DNA of 64,000 bases from Octopus sinensis (taxonomy: Eukaryota), in assembly GCF_006345805.1 (NCBI RefSeq), contig NC_042997.1, forward strand, positions 93,868,001-93,932,000, in the 5' to 3' direction. The notes under the pieces are model-generated. The model searched no databases. It was not told the DNA's origin and saw only the letters and a list, made by a program, of their open reading frames with translations. Position 1 is the first letter of the stretch, and each line of letters begins with the position of its first letter. Both the position numbers and the translations under genes were made by a program. Positions 12,701-25,064 of the stretch are shown here, piece after piece.

Positions 12701-13362
12701 TCCTCTAATCGGCTAGCCCCGCCCTATCAAGGTGTGCGCCCAAGATGGCGTTCTAATCGCCCACTAGCACTAAAGAGCAATACGTCCTAAGGAAACCCTC
12801 TAAACGTTTGAAAAAATCTGGCTGCCCCGCCCCAGTTGGGGAATGCATAGCAACTAGTATAAAAGCACCACCTTCGCTATTACTCACATCCAGGATCACC
12901 AACTTATCATCCAGATCCTGGAAGATCGTCCGTACCTCGAGATTCAGACCTATTCTAAAAATCACTGCCACCTCGCCTACCATTCCAGGCCGGTTAATAG
13001 ACGCGTAGATGTCAAAGTCGTCGAAATTAGGGGCTAGATCTTGTGTGTCAGAAATCCTGGTCCCGCTGACAGCCGTCACAACCTTAGGTAGTGACCTGAG
13101 GTTGATGAGCAGGTGATCATGCTTTAGGCCACGATTATCTATGCAACCCAGTCTTAAACTCGCTATGATGACCGGAAAAGTTCAGAGAATGAGAAAAAAT
13201 GGAGGAGGCTACTGACTTACCGGGTGCTGCTGTAGATCAGACTGTTCAACTTTCATATCTTGACGTTCCTTTGGGGACTCCCTTAAAAGCCCACTTGTAA
13301 CCTTTACATTAGGGCACATTATTTACATTTGACGGATATTTGTCCTCATCTTGTTTGTTGTT

Positions 13363-13408
13363 AACACAACGTTTCGGCTGATATACCCGCCAGCCTTCAT
13401 CAGGTGTC
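13363..13408 (-). ncRNA. Type I minimal hammerhead ribozyme (dimer-type stem III)
   Basis: gacac-CTGATGA-a-ggctg gcgggtatat cagcc-GAAAC-GTT-gtgtt. The AACGTT palindrome leaves a zero-nt loop III. Predicted cleavage between 13368 and 13367. Confidence 0.85.
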
Positions 13409-13477
13409 TTGGGCAAATTTCGAACCTGGGTTCTCATTCCTAAGGTATTTTTCGATGTTATTATTATTATTATTATG

Positions 13478-13510
<33 letters not shown>

Positions 13511-13711
13511 TTTAATTAGGTCACTGCCTGGAATCAAACTCGGAATCTTGCGGTCAGTAGCCCGCGCTCTTGACCATCACGCCATATGCCCGTGGATTCG
13601 ATTCTAGGCAGTGACTTGAATAATAATGATAATAATAGTAACAACAACAACAACAACAATAACAACGAAAAATACCTTAGGAATGCGAACTCAGGTTCAA
13701 AATTTCCCCAA

Positions 13712-13754
13712 GACACCTGATGAAAGCTGGAGGGTATATCAGCTGAAATGTGTT
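13712..13754 (+). ncRNA. Hammerhead ribozyme copy with 3-nt deletion at the cleavage site
   Basis: gacac-CTGATGA-a-agctg gagggtatat cagct-GAAA-T-gtgtt. CGT is lost relative to the left copy. Confidence 0.65.
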
Positions 13755-14309
13755 AACAACAAACAAGAAGAGGACAAATATCCGTCAAATGTAAATAATG
13801 TACATAATTCCTAATTTCTTAGATGTAGAACTGTTTTACATTAGAGGTTTCTACGTCGTGAGAGAAACTTTCCCTTATACGTTTATGTTTCCAGTGGCAT
13901 ACGCACCATCATCAGTGTTTGTGGCACTTGAACGGTGCGGTGAAGAAGATTACACCTTCTCTCTCAATGATCTTCCTTCGTGCTATGATTGCCATCAATT
14001 CTCCTTTGGTCTTACCAGCACGAAGATTTGTGTTTCTGTTGTAGATTGTTGCTGTTGGAGGTGTTTTCTTTTCATTGATTATTGCAGTTGAGGTAGTGTT
14101 GATGGAGCTGGTCGTGATAGCGGTTGATGTGTTGTCGATTGTGGTGCTAGAGAGGTTGGTGTTGCTGTAGGTGTGTCTGTGATTGTTGCAGGTGTATTTT
14201 CTATGTTTTTTTTTTCTGTTTGATTTATTTTAAATTCTTTTCGGAATATGGAGTTTCCCCTCATTTTCACTACATGCTCTGCTCTGTAACTCAATAATAA
14301 TAATAATAA

Positions 14310-14507
14310 TAATTCTTTCCAATTTTGAAATAAAGCCAGTAATTTTGAAAAAGGCAAGTCAATTAGATTGACGTAAGTACTTGACTGATACTTATTTTCA
14401 TCGATCTCGAAAAGAAGGCAAGGTCGACTTCAGCGGAATCTGAACGTAGAACGTAAAGTTGCGGTAGAAATTCCGCTACGCATTTTTTTCGGCGTGCTAA
14501 TGATTCT

Positions 14508-14510
<3 letters not shown>
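14310..14510 (-). mobile_element. Family A SINE, diverged
   Basis: aaggtcgacttcagcggaatctgaac core, with head and tail motifs in register. Confidence 0.75.
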
Positions 14511-14541
<31 letters not shown>

Positions 14542-14646
14542 CCATCATCATCATCATGCAGCATCAACGGAATTCATTTGAATATAAAAATGTCAGAAAA
14601 CTCAATTTAAGTTTTCTGACATTTCTTCCCCCACGTTTTTTTTCTG

Positions 14647-14747
<101 letters not shown>

Positions 14748-15481
14748 TTTTATTATTTATTTATTTATTTATTATTTTTTTTTTTTAATTATTTTAATTA
14801 TTTTCTTTTTATAATTCAGAAACCACAAAACTTTAAATTTGTCATTCACTCAAACATCTTTATTTCTCTTCCGTTTCTCCTTGAATTAATGTAACGATTC
14901 CGTTGTCATGTAGGCATAAGATAAAAATGGTAGCATTCTTAATCTTTTAGTATTCATTCATGTTTAACACGTTACACATGAATAAATTTCTACTTTTTTC
15001 TAACTGCTTTCTGTCCGTGAATGAATTTGAGAGAAAGAAGCAAAATAAATGAAAAATAAACTAAAGTAAGTAAAAATGCAAAAGAAGGAAAAAAAAAAAA
15101 AACCCAACTTAAATCCAAATACAAGGCTTACACATACCACAAATATACAACAGATTTTCGTTGAAGAATTAAGAATTGTTGAATTGTAGAAATGTAAATA
15201 GCATCTGGTTGTTGTTTTTATTGTCTAGTGTTAGATCTGTTTTCAGTAAGCAAAACTTATGATCAAAGGCATTCCGGCTACCATAATCACGTATTTTTGT
15301 ATACTTAGGATTATATGAACAAATTTGACCTACCTTTTTTTTTATAAGACACTAGAGTACTATTTCAAGGGAATATGATTGCTATTTCTAGCAGGTCTAG
15401 CAACAACCCACGCGAATACGTCATTGTCTGCTAGCAAGGAACTTGTAGTGTTAAACGTGTTTTCTCGCACTAAACACACTT

Positions 15482-15484
<3 letters not shown>

Positions 15485-15554
<70 letters not shown>

Positions 15555-15685
15555 TATATATACATATATATACATACACACACCCATATATATATATATA
15601 CATATATATAAATATATATTGTATATATACATATATATGTATGTATATATATACACAAACATATATGTATACATGTATATATCTA

Positions 15686-15756
<71 letters not shown>

Positions 15757-15990
15757 AAATACATACACACACATATATATAATTATTACATGTACTATAT
15801 ATATATGTGTACAAGTGTGTGTGTGTATGAACGTTTTTTTTTGTGTGTATATATATATATATATATACACACACTCTTAATTATGCACAATATATGTACA
15901 CACACACACATATATAAGTATATATATATATATATATATGTATGCATAAAATATATATAATGCATATAAATGTGTGCATGTGCACAATTG
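15485..15990. repeat. Compound (TA)n/(TCTA)n/(TG)n microsatellite
   Basis: Direct read. Confidence 0.95.
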
Positions 15991-16676
15991 CGTGTGTGTG
16001 TATTCGTGCATGTGTGTATTTGTGAACATGCTTGTGTGTATGCATGTTCGTCAAAGAAAATTTGCGTATTTCGTTTTATTTTTCTTCTCCGTTTTTAGAA
16101 TATTTCTACATGATGCTTGATTTGATCTCTAATCCATTGCTTGAGATCGCATAAATTTTCCATTCTTTTAAATTTCATTATGCATCGTTCACACTGAAAA
16201 TTTTCAGCCGCTGAAACTTGGAAATATTTATTCTTGAAAAAGCAAAGCCAGTACAAGTTTACCAGGTCGATCGGTAATCTACTTTTCCTATTCAGTAATT
16301 TCTCTATAGTATCAGCATACTTGTATAAAAGTATTACAATACAAGTTTCAGTATTTTACATGTTTACCGAGCGCTTGACACTTGTATACATACAGGTCAA
16401 ACAAATGCACCCTCACATGCATACGTTCATATATACATACATACGTACAAACATCTCTCAGTCTATGTATCCGTCGCTGCCTGTCGGTCTATCTGTCTGT
16501 CTGTATGTCTGTCTGTCTGACCCTTTCTCTCTCTCACTCTATGAACCTCTCTGTCGGTCGATGTCTGTCTGACTCTCTCTTCTCCAATTTTTCTCTCTAT
16601 CTAGCCGTCTCAGCCTATCTGTCTTTCTTTATTCCCCCCTCTCTCTCTCACACATACACTCTCTCTAACTAACCTT

Positions 16677-16900
<224 letters not shown>

Positions 16901-17240
16901 ATAAGGTGGCTTCTTTCAGTTTTCGTCAACCAAATCCACTCACAAGGCTTTAGTCGGCTTGAGGCTATGGTAAAAGACACTTGCTGAAGATGCCGCGCAG
17001 TGGGACTGAACCCAGAAGTATGTGGTCGGGAATTAGATGTCTTACCACATAGCCACGCCTGCGCATTTAAATATATCATTGCACGCTTGGGGCCCAAATT
17101 CGCCTATAAATACAGTTGCGGGTATTAAGCAGGTGAACACTTACCTGATTATTCCATGAGACAGCTTTGTATAACTCCATATAAACTCTCACAACTATCC
17201 ATCACGTTTAATTTCTTTTATGTATATCTTATTTAAATGT

Positions 17241-17663
17241 ATTATTAAATCTCTGAACGAGATGTAAACATAACCGCTCGACAATGTAAAGTATAATAGC
17301 CATCTCAATATGGCTAACCACAAAGGGTGGGTGTTACTGTAGCTTTTAGCCCCAGGAGATCATCGTCTCCAGCTGGCTTTAGGCACACTATCTGTGCCCT
17401 TATGGTATTTGCAAAGGGAGGCCATCCCTTTCTCGTAAGCCTAAGTGATACGACCGGACTGCAGAGGCAACAACCTCGAAACTGCAGTCCGGTCGTATCA
17501 CTTAGGTTTACAAGAGAGGGATGACCTCCCTTTGCAAATACCATAAGGGCACAGAAAGTGTGCCTAAAGCCAGCTGGAGACGATGATCCCCTGGGGCTAA
17601 AAGCTACAGTAACACCCACCCTTTGTGGTTAGCCATATTGAGATGGCTATTATACTTTACATT
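17241..17663. mobile_element. Foldback element: 381-bp near-perfect palindrome (17283-17663) plus 42-bp unpaired extension
   Basis: TSD atttaaatgt at 17231-17240 and 17664-17673. 17-nt loop at 17465-17481. Homologous to 1038-1724 and 58364-58776. Confidence 0.85.
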
Positions 17664-17679
17664 ATTTAAATGTGTTTTA

Positions 17680-18075
17680 TCTTTTATCTATTACTTGTTT
17701 CGGTCAGTGGACTGCGGCCATGCTGGGGCACAACCTTGATGGGTTTAATCGAACAAATCGACCTCAATATTTATCATTTTTAAAATCCGGTACTTATTCT
17801 GTCCGTCTTTTTTTTTGCCGCACCGCTATATAATGGGGGAAATAAACAAACCAACACCGGCCATAAAACGGCGTAAGAAAACACAAAGACACACAAACAC
17901 ATACACACACATGCACGTATATATGTATACGACGGGCTTCCACACAGTTTCCCTCCACCAAGTTCACTCACAAAGCATTGGTCAGCTTGGGTTCTTGAAG
18001 AAGACACTTGCCCAAAATGCTACACACTGGGAATGAACCGGAAACCACCTGGGTGTAATGTGAGCGTCTTTTCCC
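17680..18075 (-). mobile_element. Family B tRNA-SINE with internal (TA/TG)n
   Basis: Reverse complement matches the copy at 41377-41720 and the tail ccagcatggccgcagtc...ctgaaacaagtaa. Confidence 0.8.
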
Positions 18076-18539
18076 ACACAGCGTATTTTATTTTACTTTA
18101 TCACATTTTATTTTATTTTATTGTGCGCTATTCAAACTCGTATTCCGAGCATTGAATGTAAGATCGAAACATTTGCACAAACATCCCCACCGGAATGTTT
18201 GTGCGAATTTATGAAAGTCTAAACGATTGACGAAGTGCGACTACGCAAGGAGAAATAAAATACTAGTATGGTGCTTGCACATGTCTTCTTATGGAAATAT
18301 AGTAGGGAGATGCACCTAGACCAGTTCATGGTGCATGTAATTATTGTCCATTCCTGCTTTCATGCAACCTGAAAGCCGAGTGTGGCAAAGAGAATAAAGA
18401 AATGAATAAGTGAACGCGTACGAAACAGATGTAAACGTTATGTTATTGTAGAAACATACACGCACACACATGGCCTAATCCCTAAATATATTGCACTACT
18501 TATCCACAACTCATTATTCACCAATTGTTTACTTAATAC

Positions 18540-19060
18540 TTACTAACCCAAGCCCTTCGTTCCCTATAGAGCATAGGCCATCGACGCCTTTTCACCGTTC
18601 CTTATTCTGGGTTGCTTTCTGCTTCTCCCTCTTTGGATCCCTGCTTTTCAACTCTACCTCAGTATTCCACCTCCAGCTATGTTTAGAACAGTGGTTCTCA
18701 ACCACATTTTGTCTATGGACTCCTTTGGTTCCTATTTTACTCTACTGGACCCACATGTAAAAAACCCTATAATATTTTTATATTTTATAAATATTTTTAG
18801 GAATTGAAAAAAAATTGCTAAAAATATTTTGTGTATTGTAGATGAATAACCAACTTATTGCTCCTAAACTGTAACAGCGAAATCTTATATGGACCCCGGT
18901 TGAGAACCACTGGTGTTGAGTGTCCTCTCTTCCACTTCCCTAGCAGGTTCCAGGTCAGGGCTTGACGCATCATGTTTCTCTGAGGAAAGGCTTTTCTATT
19001 TCCGGTCTTCTTGGTATTGAATTGTCATCGATGCACAGTAACTTTGATTCTTTTCTTGGT
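18540..19060 (-). mobile_element. RTE-clade LINE 3' end, interrupted by a hAT MITE
   Basis: Minus frames resemble the RTE C-terminus (ALTWNLLGKWKRG..., GVDGLCSIGNEG). Confidence 0.7.
18689..18912. mobile_element. hAT (Charlie-like) MITE
   Basis: 15-bp TIRs cagtggttctcaacc / ggttgagaaccactg. The 8-bp TSD is degraded. Confidence 0.85.
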
Positions 19061-19254
19061 AGGGGTGTTGACTCTACACAAACTTATTACCTCTGGTAAG
19101 TGGTAACCCTTATTAGTCTGACTTGCCCAGCATATGTGGTCCTCCTAGGAGCTCACGTTCCGCTATCAAAGCGCTCAGGGTCATTGAAGTTATAGAAGTC
19201 ACCACATCGTAACAAAAACTAGATTTATCTACTTATCAGTCATAATTAATTTCG

Positions 19255-19531
19255 CTGAAAGAAGCCTGTCGTATATATGTATATATATGTATGTATGTGT
19301 GTGTGTTTGTGTGTCTGTGTTTGTCCCCCTAGCATTGTTTGACAACCGATGCTGGTGTGTTTACGTCCCCGTTACTTAGCGGTTCGGCAAAAAGAGACCG
19401 ATAGAATAAGTACTGGGCTTACAAAGAATAAGTCCCGGGGTCGATTTGCTCGACTAAAGGCGGTGCTCCAGCATGGCCGCAGTCAAATGACTGAAACAAG
19501 TAAAAGAAAGTAAAAGGAAAGTAAAAGTAAG
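19255..19531 (+). mobile_element. Family B SINE, 3' half
   Basis: Starts at gaaagaagcc.gtcgtatat and ends with the gtaaaag tandem tail. Confidence 0.85.
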
Positions 19532-19969
19532 CATTCAAAATGGAATAATTACTGTCATATCGCACTATTCTCCACAAAAGTCGCTTGTTGTCCTTAAATA
19601 ACTTTGATAAGCTTATACACAGTGCTACCATAGTTTGCATAATAATGGCATCACTGTTGTGTCGTTCTTTAAAAACTGAGCTTGCATCTTTTTATTCTTC
19701 CTTGCCGTAAGTAACCCTTGCTAGCTGTTATTACTGGTCAAAGGTGTTAGCGATGTAACTATAGTTCTTTCATTTATCAACAATACTACAGTTATCAAAG
19801 TGAACCATATTCTCTCTACGGATTCTCTTTATCATTGCAGTCCATAATTATAATATTCCCATTGTCTGCTGGGTCTTTCTTTATCATCTTCATTCCACAG
19901 ACATTTATCCTTTGTAGTCGTCAGTGCATTCAAAATTTCACATTTTTTTTAATGATTTGGTAAAATTTG

Positions 19970-20237
19970 TTCCAAATGTTGGCTTAATCCCAGAAATTTT
20001 AGTGGGATGGGGTAAGTCGATTACAGGGATCCTAGTACTCAACTGGTACTTTATTTCATCGACTCGAAAGAATGAAAGGGGAAGTTGACTTTGGCAGGAT
20101 TTGAACTCTGGAGGTAAAGAGCCGGAAGAAATACCACTAACATTTTGTCCGGGCGCGGTTATGATTCTGCTAGTTCGCCTCCTTGAACAGTTTGATAATA
20201 ATGGTTTCAAAATTTGGCACAAGGCCAACATTTTTGG

Positions 20238-20291
<54 letters not shown>

Positions 20292-20445
20292 TGAGGTAGG
20301 TAAATTACATCGATCCCAGTGATCAACTGGTACTTATTTTGTCGACCTCGAAAGGATAAAAAGCAAAGTCGACCTCGGCGGAATTTGAACTCGGAACTTG
20401 AAGACGGACAAAAAGCCGCTAAGCATTTTCCCCGGTGTGTTAATA
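19970..20445 (-). mobile_element. Two tandem family A SINEs
   Basis: Two copies of the aaag..aaagttgac/gtcgac...cggaatttgaact core. The second has an internal (GT)n. Confidence 0.8.
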
Positions 20446-21810
20446 ATGCCGGCTTTTATTTCCTTCCATGAATCAGTGATCCATTCACAGATCAGATATA
20501 GTGACGACAACTTGTGTATTGTTTCGTTTCGGGTATAATTTTTTTTTACATCATGTACTCAGTTATTTCATTTAGTTCTCATCATTTCCTTAAACGGTTT
20601 ATTGATATCAACATCTTAAGGCTACAAAACCCTTGGAATTTCACAAAAAATTACCAATATATCTGTGTTTTGTAAACGGTCATTATCAGTAACACTCACC
20701 ACGAAATGTTATCCCCATAAAAAAAAATCCCCTACGAAAAGAGTCTTTTGATTCTGTGGTCCACCTGACTTTGATTACAAAATTTCTTTTGTTCATTTTC
20801 TAAATGAACCTTCATCTATCCAGTTTGTGGTTGTGCACGTACAACAATCCACTTCTGAAATTTCTTATATGGCATAAGTTTCCATAAGTAATCATAGATG
20901 CGTTAGCCAAGTAGAGAAATCGCATGTACAAGAAGTAAATATATTGTAAATACACAAACAATAAGCGAACGTGCAATTGTAGGTTCCATCTATCGAGAAC
21001 GTATCTTCAGGCTACAGTACTCACAGTTTTTTGTGCATCATATTGAAAAAAAAAAACCCTAAAAAAAGGAATCTTTTTAGAATGCTATTTTTAGTCTCTG
21101 GAAATTCTTACTGTGAACGCTCCCTTAAAATACTGGTAGTACTTATTCTAATCATCCTCGAAAAAAAAAAAATGAAAAGCAAACGTTCACCTTGGCCAAT
21201 TTCGATCTCAGGACATAGAAGTGTTGTAAATAAATACTGAAATATACGCAATTAAATGTTTTACTCATTCAGCTACAGCGGCGACTTTTCTTTATATGAG
21301 AAAGCAATATTTTCTTTCTTTCAAGCAGAAATTAAATTGTGTAATCTTCACAGCATTCGTAATAAGAGAAAACGATCAATCAGTACGGAATTACTACAGC
21401 TTGGAATCGAAACGCGATCGCAGGCTTGCTATGAGCTTACACTTGCTCTACGTTGTTCTTGGGAAGTATTGATTTCTAACATTAATAAAAATATTGATTT
21501 CTTACAAGCTCTTACAAAAATATTACTGACAGCATCTTGGGTTTTTTTCTTTTCTTGTTCTCTTTCCTTTTCACTTCTATTTTTCTTTCGCTCCTTTCTC
21601 CCCCCCCCCGCCACCAACACTCACTTTCTTTCTTCATTCAGTCGTTCGTTCATTCATTCATGCATTCATTTCTTTTATCTCTTTTCTTTTGGTTGCTCAT
21701 CCCCAACATTCTTTTCTTTCTGTTTTGTACCCCCTTTTCTTCACTCTTTCTTTTACTATATTTAGGAAGATTTCATCAACACATAGAGTAAATAGGAAAA
21801 TAACGGTCAA

Positions 21811-21859
<49 letters not shown>

Positions 21860-22094
21860 TAATAACAACAACAACAAAATAATACATGAAAATCAAAGAA
21901 AGCTCCCTCAAAATACTCGAATCATATCTAATCAATGATTTGACATAACGCTAGTTTCATTTTTTAACCCTTTCAATATCGTTAGCTTAATAATAATTGA
22001 GAATTTATTCAATTTTCTTCAATAATCTTCTTTTCAATTTTAATCATTATATTACTTCAATTGCTCGTTTTCTAGACTAGTTTCTTTTCATTGA

Positions 22095-22567
22095 TACTAA
22101 CGGCTTTATTTACATACTTGCAGGCGGAGAGAAATGGGATGCTGTGACATTCGTCCCATAATTCATTTTGGTATTTTTTTAATAATAGATACTTTTAAAT
22201 GGAACTATATCGTTAGTAAGGACTTTTATTTTCCACAAGGTCATTATATGCTTTACGCAGGAGAAAAAGAAGATTATGACAACTCACTCTCAAGGAAATT
22301 AGCGACATAAGTGAAACTGCAAGGATTCGACCGAGATTCGAAACTACATCACTGAAACGACTACTAGGAGATTACTTATTGTGCTAAGGCACTCGCCATG
22401 AAATCTGTTTCTTTTAGTCTAGGTTCAAAGGCCGTATGTTTTAGGAAGGGTAGAAAAAAATTTTAACGATTGGATAATGTTCATGACTTTCTTATTGTAA
22501 TTAGAATCTTTAGTGGCGTTTCCCCAGCCCGTCTCTACTTAGTGGGAACTTGTCTTTCGAGGTAAGT
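22095..22567 (+). other. Cluster of candidate splice signals / small exons
   Basis: TACTAAC branch site (22095-22101) before cttgcag|22124; acceptor ctttacgcag|22261; 48-nt segment 22514-22561 followed by GTAAGT. No consistent reading frame could be joined. Confidence 0.3.
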
Positions 22568-22652
22568 TGCTCAATATAATACTGATTTCGTAAATGCTAA
22601 TTTTCGTAGGTATATTCGAGTGAATTATCAGTCGTATATTATTTATTTAGAG

Positions 22653-22993
22653 CAGGTTTTCCCAAAGTGAGTAATACTGCTCACACAGGGGCAGTGGAAC
22701 GATTCAGAGGGACGTAGAAAGAGGCGATGGATATAACCCCTCTCCACCAAATAATGGATTGTCTTTGATCATTAATTTACTCAATCAGGGCTGACCTGGG
22801 GTAAAACAGCATCAACACAAATAGTTAAAATTGACAAAGCCATGAAAACGACAGAAATACAGTTGTATTGAATTTGCTGCAGAAAGTGGTCTATGTTTAT
22901 GGTGGTGAGTTGGAGGAAGGAGAGAGGCTCTCAGGATTTGGCCCAGGTGCCAAGGGGTTGGGGCGGCAGTTTGAAAAAGTATAGGAACCACTG
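22653..22993. mobile_element. hAT-like MITE carrying a captured 100-bp segment
   Basis: Imperfect TIRs caggttttcccaaagt / aagtataggaaccactg. TSD atttagag / atataaag (6/8 match). Confidence 0.65.
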
Positions 22994-23235
22994 ATATAAA
23001 GGTTGAACGTTCAAGTAGGTAAGATACGGAAATGCGTATATGTAGGTCGCAATTTGAAGGCTCTATTTGATGTGTACATAATAATAATTGCTTTTTTTAG
23101 GAAATAATCGTTGTAACGGTATGACCGGAAGAACATAAAGCTATAAATTATACTATGTAGAATACTGGGTTAAAAAAGCTAATATTCTACATTTATAGCT
23201 TTATCTCCTTCAAGTCCAACTATTAAAATCTTTTC

Positions 23236-23546
23236 GGATCTTTTCCCTTCGAACGGCAGATCGAGAAATTAATTTTTTGTAACTAAAATATACACCGCCG
23301 GAAGTTGTTGTTGACAAACAACAGCAGTAATTTTATTCAGCTGAATACACGTCATTGATTTGGTTGAAATTACCGAAATACGATAACTTTAACACGAAAT
23401 AACTTTGAAAATACAAACTTTTCTCAACAACACTAAGAGTAAAAGATGTTTTATATGACACATTCTACCAGTGTCCGAAGTTTGAAAGTGTTTAGTTACA
23501 AAAAATTAATTTCTCGATCCGCCGTTCAAAGAAAGGGTAAAGATCC
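23236..23546. mobile_element. MITE with ~50-bp TIRs
   Basis: ggatcttttcccttcgaacggcagatcgagaaattaattttttgtaactaaa versus its inverted copy ending ...gggtaaagatcc. Confidence 0.8.
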
Positions 23547-24285
23547 ATTTTTTCTATTAAAAATTTATTTCTATTGTTGCTGTTTCTTTGAGTTTTGGGA
23601 TAACTCTTTATTATATATTGACTAAACTCGCTAGATGATCAAACTCTAGATAATCTGGTAATGTAATATAATATGATATGATATAATATATATATTTTAA
23701 AATGGAGCTGTCATCTCTTTTGGGGAAAATTATTTCTCATCTTTCAATGGCACAAAACTAGAATTCAGAACCAACATTTAACCTATTGCTTGTCCCGTGT
23801 ACCACATGTGATACACAGGACATATCTCCCAGACGCTCATGCGTCATATATGATACACAATCCCAATTTTTTCCAACCGCAAGGGTAATGTGGGACTAAT
23901 GAAAGGGAAGTTTTGAATTACTCAACGTATAAAACAAGGGTTAATTAAAAGTCTAAAGTCAAGCATTGATGTTAAGGGCAAGCTTATGAAAATGCTTTGA
24001 ACAGGCAAAGGTTTAAAAGCCTCCGGACATTTTAGAATGAATTTATATTTACATATTTTTTCAATCATTTCCTATCGACGATTTTGTTTCGTGTGTCATT
24101 TGAATTCGGGACCTAGAAATACAAAGGTAAACGTCTTAATGTCCAATATTTAATGTCGTTTTCATGGCTTTGTCAATTTTAACTATTTGTGTTGATGCTG
24201 TTTTACTCCAGGTCAGCCCTGATTGAGTAAATTAATAATCAAAGACAATCCATCGTGACTATCCTATTTTCTTCCTATTCAATAC

Positions 24286-24381
<96 letters not shown>

Positions 24382-24398
24382 CTGTGTGTGTGTGTATA

Positions 24399-24672
24399 CA
24401 GTGGCGGACTGGCCAGCTTGCCAGCTTGCCGATGGGGGCCCATGTTAGTATCTAAGGGGCCCATCCCCCCAAGTTTGAGAATTTTTTATTCACTCCCAGA
24501 AGAATGCATTATTTCAGCCTGGCTGTGTTTGTAGACAGTTGAAAATACTTTTAACAACAATAAATGAATAAATAAATGATAGCATTGTAGTTGTGGGTGG
24601 GCCTCCTTGTAGTTGCGGGTGGGTCCCCTTAGTTTCCTGGCAACCAATATTTTTAGACCCAGTCCGCCACTG
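24399..24672. mobile_element. MITE with 14-bp TIRs in a TA microsatellite
   Basis: cagtggcggactgg / ccagtccgccactg, TA on both sides. Confidence 0.85.
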
Positions 24673-24958
24673 TATATATATATATATATATATAAATGAG
24701 AGAGAAAGTGGGAATGAGAGAAAAATAGGGTTGAGAAGAAATTTGGCTGTTATTTCTCACATCTCTTTCGTTGAACGCATTTCCATCACTGTGAGTGCCG
24801 TATGTTAAGTAATATTCATGCATATTGTCAAAGAAGTTAGGAAGGCTTTTCTTCACATATTTCCTTAATGTAATTTTCACTTCCACATTACATTTGAAAA
24901 ATACACAATCATTTTGTAAATTGATTATTCTATTTTTTTGTTGTTTATATCGCATTAG

Positions 24959-25064
24959 GTGAAGAAAAGGGTCGTTGGTGACAGATTTCCAATGAGTCAA
25001 TCACTGGCTTATCTAATTTCTGACGGCGAGATTGTCAAAACTGGCGAAACAGATACCACACAGG
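24959..25064 (+). CDS. Candidate coding exon of an unidentified gene (VKKRVVGDRFPMSQSLAYLISDGEIVKTGETDTTQG)
   Basis: Pyrimidine-rich tract then cattag| acceptor, open frame, cagg|gtattg donor, protein-like composition. No partner exon confirmed. Confidence 0.35.

Larger units (their letters stand above)
13313..13834. mobile_element. tRNA-headed, HHR-tailed element present as a head-to-head inverted pair, inserted in the Tx1 LINE
   Basis: TSD tttacattag at 13303-13312 and 13835-13844. Arms 13316-~13540 and ~13596-13801. A box 13574-13584 and B box 13530-13541 on the minus strand. Confidence 0.85.
9759..14280 (-). mobile_element. Near full-length decayed Tx1/L1-clade non-LTR retrotransposon (APE-RT-zf)
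   Basis: Minus frames: APE (LRLGCIDNRGL, ILVAMHSP, LVLVGD) at 12750-13170; RT (TLLNADYKILAQVLAMRL, RSVRQRYPL) at 11220-11830; CPRCAQSDET zinc-finger-like motif at ~10400-10450. A-rich 3' end at 9759. Extension to ~14280 (ORF1) is less certain. Confidence 0.9.

Noticed and set aside
15360-15960. Long ORFs rich in YI/IY, LSIY, HT, VC, poly-Y/K/E/S (also 37438-39107, 47781-48572, 49495-49824, 57066-57379, 62252-63134)
   Set aside because: Translations of (TA)n, (TATC)n, (AC)n, (TAT)n and (CTT)n microsatellites; no protein signal.
21256-21765. 169-aa ORF
   Set aside because: The C-terminal half is pyrimidine-rich low complexity (F/S/L); no domain recognised.
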